The notes below the pieces were generated by a model. That model worked only from the letters and a program-made list of their open reading frames with translations. It was not told the DNA's origin and made no database searches. A program made the translations under genes and the position numbers. From the NCBI GenBank assembly GCA_963754655.1, contig CAVWGN010000001.1, positions 1,664,001 to 1,728,000 on the forward strand: 64,000 nt of DNA, given 5' to 3'. Source of the DNA: an uncultured Chlamydiae bacterium. Its GTDB lineage: Bacteria; Chlamydiota; Chlamydiia; Chlamydiales; Parachlamydiaceae. Within the stretch, counting starts at the first letter, position 1, and the number at the start of each line of letters is the position of its first letter. Shown here one piece after another: positions 1-8,230 of this stretch.

Positions 1-790
1 ATTCCTGCATAATTTTGAGCTTTCATTTCGTATCTTATTCCAATACGCCTAAATCGTTTTATAAACTGAAAAAAATTTTCTACCAAGCAACGCTCTCTGT
101 AGATATGTTTATCATGTTCAATTAGTTCAGCTCTTGATACTTTGCTGGGTATGACTGCTTGACTTCCCATCTTTTCTATAAAATTTCTGATTTCATTTGA
201 GTCGTAAGCTTTATCAGCTATAACATTTTTTGGATTTTTTCCACTGAGTAAAAGCTTCATTTGAGTGCTCTCGTGTACTTGACCTTCTGTCAAGATAAAA
301 TCAATACAACGACCTAATCCATCTGTTACTGCATGAATTTTTGTGGTTGTTCCGGCCCTTGATTTTCCCATGGCTTCTTCGGCTTTTTTTTTATCCTACA
401 AGCATCTTGATGCGCTTCAACAATTGAGCTGTCTACAGAGTAATTTTCTTCGTCAATTTCATCTTTTAAAGCTTGCCAAATCGTTTGCCAGATTCCAGCC
501 TTTGTCCATCGATTAAAGCGATTATAACATGTGCTCCAAGGACCATACTTGGGTGGTAGATCCCTCCAAGCGGCTCCTGTTCTTAAAATCCAAATAATGC
601 CTTCTAAAATCTTACGATGAGGCCGACTTGGTCTGCCCCAATATCCTCGTTCTTTTGGCAATAAAGGTTTTATTTTTATCCATCTTTCATTAGTTAATAC
701 TATCCTACTCATTCAAATTTCCCCCTTGTTTTATCAGAGAAAATTATAAATCATAAGAGTTATTATTTTAAATCTTTTAGGTACGTTCCC
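1..790 (-). mobile_element. IS5-family element (two-ORF transposase joined by -1 frameshift); runs off the window start
   Basis: ORF A 326-712 has the motifs W..I.PLLP, GRP and LRTGAAWRDLP.YGPW.T.Y.RF.RW. An A9 run on the minus strand (384-392) leads into an ORF B frame (KAEEAMGKSRAGTTTKIHAV...ADKAYDS). The end GGGAACGTACCTA is at 790, next to CTAG. Confidence 0.9.
326..712 (-). CDS. IS5-family transposase ORF A
   Basis: DUF4096-type N-terminal motifs and VDSSIV (first catalytic Asp region). Confidence 0.9.
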   Translation of the reverse strand: MSRIVLTNERWIKIKPLLPKERGYWGRPSRPHRKILEGIIWILRTGAAWRDLPPKYGPWSTCYNRFNRWTKAGIWQTIWQALKDEIDEENYSVDSSIVEAHQDACRIKKKPKKPWENQGPEQPQKFMQ

Positions 791-791
791 T

Positions 792-1518
792 AGTACTCAA
801 CCACATTAGTTTTGTGTATTTAGACTGCTTCAAAGCCCCCGCGGTTGAATTGGCGTAAGTGGTTCAATATTAGTAATATGGACCCAGTTACGCCAATTCA
901 ACCCGGGGCTAGGGTGTTCATTTTGTGCAAAAAATGAGCTTTATTTTTTACAATAATTGGCATAGTTAAATTGAAAGTCGTATGTTTATGCCGTCCTTTC
1001 AGGACTCGATGTCTTTTTGATAGAACCCAGGCCTCCGCTTCGCTGCGACCTGGGCTGTAACATGACGGCCCTTCAGGCCTTAACAAAAAGATGATTTAGG
1101 GACTATAGAAGAGGGACTTAAACATCTCTTGTTAAGCCTGAAGGGCCGGCCCTTTAAGCCTTAACAAAAGGACTATTTATGGACTATAGAAGAGGGACTT
1201 AAACATCTCTTGTTAAGCCTTAAAGGGCCGGCCCTTTAAGCCTTAACAAAAGGACTATTTATGGACTATAGAAGAGGGACTTAAATCTCTTTTGTTAAGG
1301 CCTGAAGGGCCGTCATGTTACAGCCCAGGTCGCAGCGAAGCGGAGGCCTGGGTTCTATCAAAAAGACATCGAGTCCTGAAAGGACGGCATAAACATGCGA
1401 CCTTCAATTTAATTATGCCAATTATTGTGAAAAATAAAGCTCATTTTTTGCACAAAATGAACACCCACCCCGGGGCTTTAAAGAGTCTAAATACACAAAA
1501 CTAATGTGGTTGAGTACT
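792..1518. mobile_element. Non-autonomous nested palindromic element (MITE/REP composite)
   Basis: Outer IR AGTACTCAACCACATTAGTTTTGTGTATTTAGAC; inner IR GGGTGTTCATTTTGTGCAAAAAATGAGC (912..1466); REP-like hairpins; second copy at about 53830-55175. Confidence 0.85.
1067..1311. repeat. Three tandem ~82-bp palindrome-bounded units
   Basis: GGCCCTTyArGCCTTAACAAAA...GGACTATAGAAGAGGGACTTAAA...TTGTTAAGCCT..AGGGCC at 1067, 1148 and 1230; one unit in the 54.9-kb copy. Confidence 0.9.
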
Positions 1519-1744
1519 GTTCATCTAACTTTTGCTCCTGATCCAGCCACACATAGTCATTGCACTTTTGTATCGGCTCAAATAAGTTAATTCTGACTCT
1601 AAGGAAGTTAACTGTTAAACCTCTACACTTACTTTCTTAATAATGATGAAGCCGCTTATTTAAATCAGAGTCTATTTTTGAAGGCAAGAGTAGATAATAG
1701 TAAAAGAAAGCTAATCTGGATGAGGATAAGCAACCCCTAATGGA

Positions 1745-2281
1745 GTGACTATGAAAATCTTTTCTCTCATTGGAAGTTTGCTTGATCGGCTTTGTGTAGT
1801 GGCGGGTGCATTTATTGGCAGTCAAATTCCACAATTTATGCAACAATATACACAGCGCTTAGCAGGTCATGTGGAGGCCCTTCAAAAATTGATCAATCAA
1901 TTGAGAGAAATCGCTACTCTTTCCCATAAAACTTTAGAGCAATATATTCAGAAATTTAAAGATAGCAGCGATCAAGACTTTATTCATCAAGCAGATTTTA
2001 TGCAGGGAATTCTTACGCGCTGGCAAGATCTTCACCAAGCACTCGATCATCTCACACAAAGCTCTATGTGGTTGCGGCCTTATTACTTTTTAAAGGACCT
2101 TCAACCTGAAATTGCTCATTCAACCTTTGCTTCTTTTCAAGCTGGTTTCAATTTAACCTTTGAAGGGTTATGTTATGCGGGAGTTGGAATGGTGGTGGGC
2201 TGGGCCTTCTATCAATTAATATCAAAATTTATTGCTTTTGGTTATACTCGTGCGTTGGCCATTTTTAAACAGAGCATTTAG
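1745..2281 (+). CDS. DUF2937-family membrane protein
   Basis: Q.PQF.QQY.QRL.G motif with TM segments at both ends. Confidence 0.7.
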   Translation: MTMKIFSLIGSLLDRLCVVAGAFIGSQIPQFMQQYTQRLAGHVEALQKLINQLREIATLSHKTLEQYIQKFKDSSDQDFIHQADFMQGILTRWQDLHQALDHLTQSSMWLRPYYFLKDLQPEIAHSTFASFQAGFNLTFEGLCYAGVGMVVGWAFYQLISKFIAFGYTRALAIFKQSI

Positions 2282-2792
2282 CACCATTATTTTTTATGTA
2301 GGCTGGATCCTTTGCTTGCAAGAAGCTTCTGTTGATCATTCTTATTATGGAGCTTTGCTAGTTGTAAGTTTTATCGCATATTACTTGTATCATTCTTCTT
2401 GTCGAAAAGCTGATTATCTTTTACTGAGCTTGGTCTTGTTGATTGGACCTCTTTCAGATATGCTGTATGCACAATTAGGATTGCTACATTATCATCGTGT
2501 CCATCCTTCATCCACTTGGCTTCCCCCTGTATGGGTCTTTATTTTATGGGGATTATTTGGAGCAAATATTCAACTGTTTTCTTGGCTAAGAAGGCGTTGG
2601 TGGCTTGCAATACTATTGGGGGCCCTTGGAGGCCCCGCAAGCTATCTTTCCGTTGTGCGACTAGGTGGGGCAAGTCTACTTAAGCCATTACCTTTAGCTT
2701 TTATCACCATTGGTGGGACATGGGCCATTTTTCTCCCTGTTTTTATTTGGTTAAATGATTATTTAAAAAAAAAGTTTAAGCACAATCCTTAA
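2232..2792 (+). CDS. DUF2878-family membrane protein (true start may be slightly downstream)
   Basis: P.W...LW..F and GALGGP.SY motifs; multiple TM helices. Confidence 0.7.
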   Translation: MLLVILVRWPFLNRAFSTIIFYVGWILCLQEASVDHSYYGALLVVSFIAYYLYHSSCRKADYLLLSLVLLIGPLSDMLYAQLGLLHYHRVHPSSTWLPPVWVFILWGLFGANIQLFSWLRRRWWLAILLGALGGPASYLSVVRLGGASLLKPLPLAFITIGGTWAIFLPVFIWLNDYLKKKFKHNP

Positions 2793-2829
2793 ACTTTTTT
2801 AATAATTAATTCTTGTTTTCGCTTTTGCC

Positions 2830-4593
2830 TCAAATTTCTTTGTGATCTTCTTTAGTCTCTTTTTTTTCAAATTTTTCATCAGTTTTTTCATCAGAAGCAG
2901 TGGCTTGCGCGCTTTCTTGCTGGCCTTCGGTTTTCTTTTCTGAACCTTTCTCTATGTTAGCAGTACTTGGAAACCAGCTACTAATATTGAAAAAACCCAT
3001 TGTTGTCTGAGATGTTGAAAGTGCTTCAGTTTTAGCAGTCACTCGCCACTTAGCTCTTTGTTGTGCATCCTGTCCTAATAGTTTAAAATGATTGTCAATA
3101 GCTTTCGTACTCTCTTGAATATTTGAAATATAGGTTTTATAAGTTGCAATAGCAGCGTCTATTATTTTCAAACGATTTGGGAGTACGTTAGATTCAAATA
3201 TTTTCTTTTCATTTTCCAAATCTTTTATTTGAGTAGCTATGTGGAAATAGGTCATACGCCTCTTATCTAGGGGATCAATATTCTCCCACTGATTACTTAA
3301 TACAATATCTTCTTTTAAAGTCGTGATGCTTTGAATAAGTTTTAAGGCCTGCTGATAATCAGTACTTAAATCTGTTAATTGAATAGGCTCTTTTGGATCT
3401 AAATTTTTTTCTTCTAATCCAAATATTTTTTTTCTATGAGCAAGGAAATCATCAATTTCATTTTGTCTAAGTTTTATCATGTCTAAACGTTTAGTGATTT
3501 CTAGATGTTCTTGTTTCCAAGCAATGGATTTAGGAGAATCTGGTGTGCTGGCCTCAAGCATAATATTTTTATCTAATAGTTCAATCTGATTTGGAAACTC
3601 TTCTTTAACTTCCTCGATAGTTTGCTTTAATGCATCCAGGCGTTGTTTGTGGTAAATATAATATTTTCTAGGCAAATCGCTGCTTACTGCTATCTCGTAT
3701 ATGTCTTTTCTAAGTGCCTCATTGCATATTGTCACTTCTTCTTTTAAGGCCACAAGATCATGCGATAGCCTGACAATTTTTAAGTAGAATTCTGAGGATT
3801 TGCTACTGCCAATCATAGAGGACTCAAGAGGAGCTTTTTCTCCATTTTTAAGATTAGAGGTTTCTTCTTCTTTAATGCCCACTGCTATTTTTCTTGTTTT
3901 TAAAGCTTCGAGCGCTTCCCATAAACGAAACTGTAGGCCATATAAATAACCAATTTCCATATTAAATAATGAAAAGCTCTTGCTGTAACTATCATTTCCT
4001 ATGATGGATTCTTTTAGAAGAGCAGATTCAAGTGAATGGTTTGCTATAGCCTGTTGTAAAGCTGTTATGCGATCTTCAAAAATTTTTTTGAATGTATTCT
4101 CATATGACAGACAAATTGTCTTGTGTTGAGTCTTTTCCTCTTCTCTTATTTTCCAAAATTTTTCACGAACATCTGCATTATTCATTTGGTCTTTTGCAGA
4201 GAGATATTTGCTATTGTTGCTGGCAAATAAGCTTTGAAATCCAGCGATGAATGACTGCTTATTTCTTAAAGTGATTTCATATTGGTTCTGAGCGTCAGGA
4301 GATAAATCATTCAATAGGTTTAAGAGTTTTTGTACCTCGTCACTAACCAATGTTGTAATATTTGAAGTTTGCTCAATTTTCATTGAAGTTGGTTGATGTT
4401 TAGCATCTAAAGAATGACTGAGTTTTGCTTGCGCTGTATTGTCCGTTTTATTTTGCAGGTCTTCGTCAGTTCTTTGTTTTTTATCTTTTACTTGTTTTAC
4501 CTTTAGCTCCTTGTGATCCTTTGTTAATCCTACCGCTTGTTGTAAAGTTGGAAAAGTTGCCTGATCTGCAGAAATCTTAACAGCATTATTCAT
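2830..4593 (-). CDS. Hypothetical coiled-coil protein (possible secreted effector)
   Basis: 587-aa ORF, K/E/L-rich, upstream GGGG RBS-like sequence. Confidence 0.7.
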   Translation of the reverse strand: MNNAVKISADQATFPTLQQAVGLTKDHKELKVKQVKDKKQRTDEDLQNKTDNTAQAKLSHSLDAKHQPTSMKIEQTSNITTLVSDEVQKLLNLLNDLSPDAQNQYEITLRNKQSFIAGFQSLFASNNSKYLSAKDQMNNADVREKFWKIREEEKTQHKTICLSYENTFKKIFEDRITALQQAIANHSLESALLKESIIGNDSYSKSFSLFNMEIGYLYGLQFRLWEALEALKTRKIAVGIKEEETSNLKNGEKAPLESSMIGSSKSSEFYLKIVRLSHDLVALKEEVTICNEALRKDIYEIAVSSDLPRKYYIYHKQRLDALKQTIEEVKEEFPNQIELLDKNIMLEASTPDSPKSIAWKQEHLEITKRLDMIKLRQNEIDDFLAHRKKIFGLEEKNLDPKEPIQLTDLSTDYQQALKLIQSITTLKEDIVLSNQWENIDPLDKRRMTYFHIATQIKDLENEKKIFESNVLPNRLKIIDAAIATYKTYISNIQESTKAIDNHFKLLGQDAQQRAKWRVTAKTEALSTSQTTMGFFNISSWFPSTANIEKGSEKKTEGQQESAQATASDEKTDEKFEKKETKEDHKEI

Positions 4594-4789
4594 AATGACC
4601 CCTTTATTTTGAATGAAGGAAAGGTTTTCCTCTCATTATCTAAACTCTGCCTTCTTAATTACATTAAAGATTGTTTTTTATTAAGAAAATTCCGCCTGAG
4701 GGGTGAAAATATTTTTAGAATCCTTAGGATGAGTTGTTTCATTCCTAAGCGACTGCCAATAGTGTTGCATGTCTTGTGATAGGAAAGGG
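4537..4789 (+). repeat. ~250-bp direct repeat, copy 1
   Basis: Closely similar to 7095-7352 (e.g. AACAGCATTATTCATAATGACCCC...GCGACTGCCAATAGTGTTGCATGTCTTGTGATAGGAAAGGG). Confidence 0.9.
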
Positions 4790-4997
4790 ACCTATAGAAA
4801 TGCATCCAGCTATTTTGATAATGAAAATTTAAATCAAATTCTCTATTTGTTTTTATCCATTTAGACGATCCTTTCTTAATCTCTTCGGCAAGCTTGCTCT
4901 TAATAAAATCGACATCTTATATTTGTAGAATTATAAACTTAAATATTGTAAAATTGTCTATAAAATAAATACTATAAAAGTTAGTTAAAGGATAGTT

Positions 4998-6977
4998 ATG
5001 CAATTTATACTCGTTAATTCACAAGTAATGCAAAACACTTCAAATGAGGTTTTTTTAAATAACATCTTTCCTGACGAAATTTTAGAAATTTTTTTTGATC
5101 AGGTGGTCAATCAAAAAAGGCCACTTTTAGGTGATATTTCTTCTATTTTACTCACTTGTAAGAGATGGAAAGAAGTTTTTGAGAAGAATCCTTGCATTTC
5201 ATTAGTGCAAACCCTTTTTCAACTTACAAAGAGTCCTCAGTCGTTTACTCATTCTTTCCGAGAATGTATCGCAATTGAACAAAAGAAGTCTTTTACCTCT
5301 CAGGAACTTAAATTGATCGATCGAGTCCGACAAGACTGTGTAGGAAGTTTTAGAAAGTTATTAATGGTTAAATCAGATTTGTTTTGCGCTAATAGTTTAT
5401 TTCGTTCTCTTTTAAATCACTGTTTATGGGATCCTCAATTTTGCAAAAACAGCGCCAATCAAAACATCCGACAAGTGGCTGAAGGACAATTGTCTATTTT
5501 AAACTCTCTTGCATGGGGCACTGAGGATCAAAGATTAATGGTGATCGAAAATGATTTTATCGCAAAACTTTACCTGGGGGGTCGAGATCAAGTTTGGCAG
5601 CGGGCAAAAGAATCGGTCATTTCCACACTTAAAAAATTTCCCTGTTTTAACGATAAAAAAAGAATGATGCAAGTTGCTCGCTGTTTTGGACAATCTGTTT
5701 TTGATATAGATGCAAGCCTTAAAAAAGATCGAGAAATTGTCTTGGCTGCCGTTCAGCAAAATGGCTACGCTCTTCAATATGTAGATGATAGTCTTAAAAA
5801 AGATCGAGAAATTGTCTTGTTTGCTGTTCAGCAAAATGGCGAGGCTCTTCGATATGCAGATGAAAGCCTTAAAAAAGATCGAGAAATTGTCTTGGCTGCT
5901 GTTCAGCAAAATGGCTATAGTCTTCTATATGCAGATGAAAGCTTTAAAAAAGATCGAGAAATTGTCTTGGCGGCCATTCAAAAAAATGGCGGAGTTTTTC
6001 AATTTGCAGACGAAAGCTTTAAAAAAGATGGAGAGATTATCTTGGCGGCCATTCAGAAAGATAGCTTAGTTCTTCAATATGCAGATGAAAACTTTAAAAA
6101 AAATCGAGAAATTGTCTTGATTGCTGTTAAGCAAAATGGCGGGGCTCTTCAATATGCAGATGAAAGTCTTAAAAAAGATCAAGAGATTGTCTTAGCGGCC
6201 GTTAAAGAAAATGGCTTAGCTCTTCAAGATGCAGATGATAGCCTTAAAAAAGATCGAGAAATTGTCTTGGCTGCTGTTCAGCAAAATGGCGGGGCTCTTC
6301 AATATGCAGATGAAAGTCTTAAAAAAGATCGAGAGATTGTCTTAGCTGCTGTTAATGAAAATGGCCGGGCTCTTCAATATGCAGATGAAAGCCTTAAGAA
6401 AGATCGGGACATTTTCTTGGCTGCCATTCAGCAAGATGGCTGGGTTCTTCAATATGCAGATGAAAACTTTAAAAAAGATCGAGAGATTGTCTTGATTTCC
6501 ATTCAGCAAGATGCCAACACTCTTGCAATAGCAGACACAAGCCTTAAACAAGATCGAGAGATTGTCTTGGCTGCTGTTCAACAAGATGGTCGGGCTCTTC
6601 AATATGCAGATGAAAGCTTTAAAAAAGATCGAGAGATTGTCTTGGCTGCTATTCAGCAAGATGGCGGAGCTCTTCAATATGCAGATGAAGACTTTAAAAA
6701 AGATCAAAAAGTTGTCTTGGCTGCTATTCAGCAAGATGGCTGCGCTCTTGAATATGCAGATGAAGGCTTTAAAAAAGATCGAGAAATCGTCTTGGCTGCT
6801 GTTCAGCAAAATGGCTGGGCTCTTGAATATGCAGATGAAAGCTTTAAAAAAGATCGAGAGATTGTCTTGGCTGCCGTTAGTCAAGAGGGCCAGGCTCTTT
6901 GCTTTGCAGATGAAAGCCTTAAAAAAGATCGAGAGATTGTCTGGGCTGCTGTTTTCAGCAAAATGGCTGGGCTCTAG
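4998..6977 (+). CDS. F-box-like N-terminus + DUF4116 (25-aa) repeat protein, putative effector
   Basis: FPDEILEIFF...ILLTCKRWK F-box-like motif, then about 17 KKDREIVLAAVQQNGxALQYADESL repeats. Confidence 0.85.
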   Translation: MQFILVNSQVMQNTSNEVFLNNIFPDEILEIFFDQVVNQKRPLLGDISSILLTCKRWKEVFEKNPCISLVQTLFQLTKSPQSFTHSFRECIAIEQKKSFTSQELKLIDRVRQDCVGSFRKLLMVKSDLFCANSLFRSLLNHCLWDPQFCKNSANQNIRQVAEGQLSILNSLAWGTEDQRLMVIENDFIAKLYLGGRDQVWQRAKESVISTLKKFPCFNDKKRMMQVARCFGQSVFDIDASLKKDREIVLAAVQQNGYALQYVDDSLKKDREIVLFAVQQNGEALRYADESLKKDREIVLAAVQQNGYSLLYADESFKKDREIVLAAIQKNGGVFQFADESFKKDGEIILAAIQKDSLVLQYADENFKKNREIVLIAVKQNGGALQYADESLKKDQEIVLAAVKENGLALQDADDSLKKDREIVLAAVQQNGGALQYADESLKKDREIVLAAVNENGRALQYADESLKKDRDIFLAAIQQDGWVLQYADENFKKDREIVLISIQQDANTLAIADTSLKQDREIVLAAVQQDGRALQYADESFKKDREIVLAAIQQDGGALQYADEDFKKDQKVVLAAIQQDGCALEYADEGFKKDREIVLAAVQQNGWALEYADESFKKDREIVLAAVSQEGQALCFADESLKKDREIVWAAVFSKMAGL

Positions 6978-7094
6978 AATAGAAAGAGCTAGATTTCAAA
7001 TCAAATGAGTACCCCCTCACCTTACACCAATGATTCAAAAAATTGAGCCTTTGATCAAAAACATTCCATGATTGAACTCAGGCATGTGCATAAA

Positions 7095-7352
7095 TTGTTG
7101 CAAAGTTGGAAAAGTTGCGTGATCTGCGAAAATTTTAACAGCATTATTCATAATGACCCCTTTATTTTGAATGAAGGAAAGGGGTTTTCCCTCTCATTAT
7201 CTAAACTCCGCCTTCTTAATTACATTAAAGAGTGTTTTTTATTAAGAAAATTTCCGTCTGCGAGGTGAAAATATTTTTAGCATGCTTAGGATGAGTTCTT
7301 TCATTCTATAAGCGACTGCCAATAGTGTTGCATGTCTTGTGATAGGAAAGGG
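7095..7352 (+). repeat. ~250-bp direct repeat, copy 2
   Basis: Matches 4537-4789. Confidence 0.9.
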
Positions 7353-8230
7353 GTTAATTGATGATAAGGAATAGAAGCTCCAGGATAATGATGTTCTGTA
7401 TCAATGAAGGCTATTTTGCCACTCTTCGTAAATGGAATATTATCGGGGTACACCGAGTCAATTAATCCTTCTTCTCGAATCAAAGTATAAAGCTGTTCTA
7501 AAATTTGAGGGGATATTCTTTTTTTAAAAGCTTTTAAATTAGATTTTGTATTTAAAATATGCATATTTTCAACAATAAGAATAAAGTTTTTGCGTTTAAA
7601 GCCAGCATGATCAGGAGGCGATGGCTCTAAGGGTAAAGGGTAAATCCATTTCTGGGGGACGGCAAAATGGCAAAATGGATGCCGAGCTAAATAAGCTTGT
7701 ATGGCGCGCGCACCCTTAATTCTTTGAATCCAATTTCCCCATTCACAGACAGCTGGTTGAGTATCTAAATAAACTTTGAAGATGTATTCTTTGAAGCGTG
7801 GATGCCTGCCAATCACAAGATTTGTTGGTTTTCTCATCTTTGGTTTACTAAAGCCTGCTTTTTCGAAGCTTTCTTCCGATTGTGTAACGCGCATCTGTTG
7901 AAAGAGGTGATCAAGTTGGGATTTGATAGGATGATGGTCCGGTAAGAAATAAGGCGTGAGTTCTTCCCATAATGATAGAGGAACTAAGGGATTGTAAGGA
8001 TAGGCCTGAGCAAACTCTTTATTATCAATGGCTGATAGAGGAGCTTCTAATACCTTTTCAGAAAAAGAATTAGCAGAAAGATTGGCAATACAGCAAACTA
8101 GAAAAAAAAGACGGCTCAAAGAAAGCCGTCTGATTAAATATCCTTTTAAATGACTGGAAATGCCACTTAACAACTTAGGGTTTGACATCTCTTCGATCCA
8201 TCCTAGGTGGATTAGGCTGATTGTCGCCAT
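7301..8230 (-). CDS. Hypothetical protein, paralog of the C-terminal domain of the upstream 937-aa protein (possible kinase-like fold); true start probably downstream
   Basis: Shares PYxLP..HP, K.Y.D, W..RIKGA, VP.KWIYPLP, DSVY..NIPF...G.IA.IDTE motifs with 8175-10988. Confidence 0.65.
   Translation of the reverse strand: MATISLIHLGWIEEMSNPKLLSGISSHLKGYLIRRLSLSRLFFLVCCIANLSANSFSEKVLEAPLSAIDNKEFAQAYPYNPLVPLSLWEELTPYFLPDHHPIKSQLDHLFQQMRVTQSEESFEKAGFSKPKMRKPTNLVIGRHPRFKEYIFKVYLDTQPAVCEWGNWIQRIKGARAIQAYLARHPFCHFAVPQKWIYPLPLEPSPPDHAGFKRKNFILIVENMHILNTKSNLKAFKKRISPQILEQLYTLIREEGLIDSVYPDNIPFTKSGKIAFIDTEHHYPGASIPYHQLTPFLSQDMQHYWQSLIE

Noticed and set aside
1067..1311. Possible CRISPR array
   Set aside because: The would-be spacers are nearly identical, there are only three units, no cas genes are present, and it sits inside a palindromic MITE.
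898..1504. 62-70 aa ORFs MLRPEGPSCYSPG... (also at 54945)
   Set aside because: They are mirror-image readings of the palindromic element arms, start at TTG and have no RBS support.
5535..7008. Alternative-frame and antisense ORFs in DUF4116 genes (also 60470-61208, 63577-63951, 55857, 57231, 58558, 60030)
   Set aside because: Shadow ORFs produced by repeat periodicity and paralogy.
7068..7268. 66-aa ORF
   Set aside because: Lies within the duplicated intergenic segment; no coding support.
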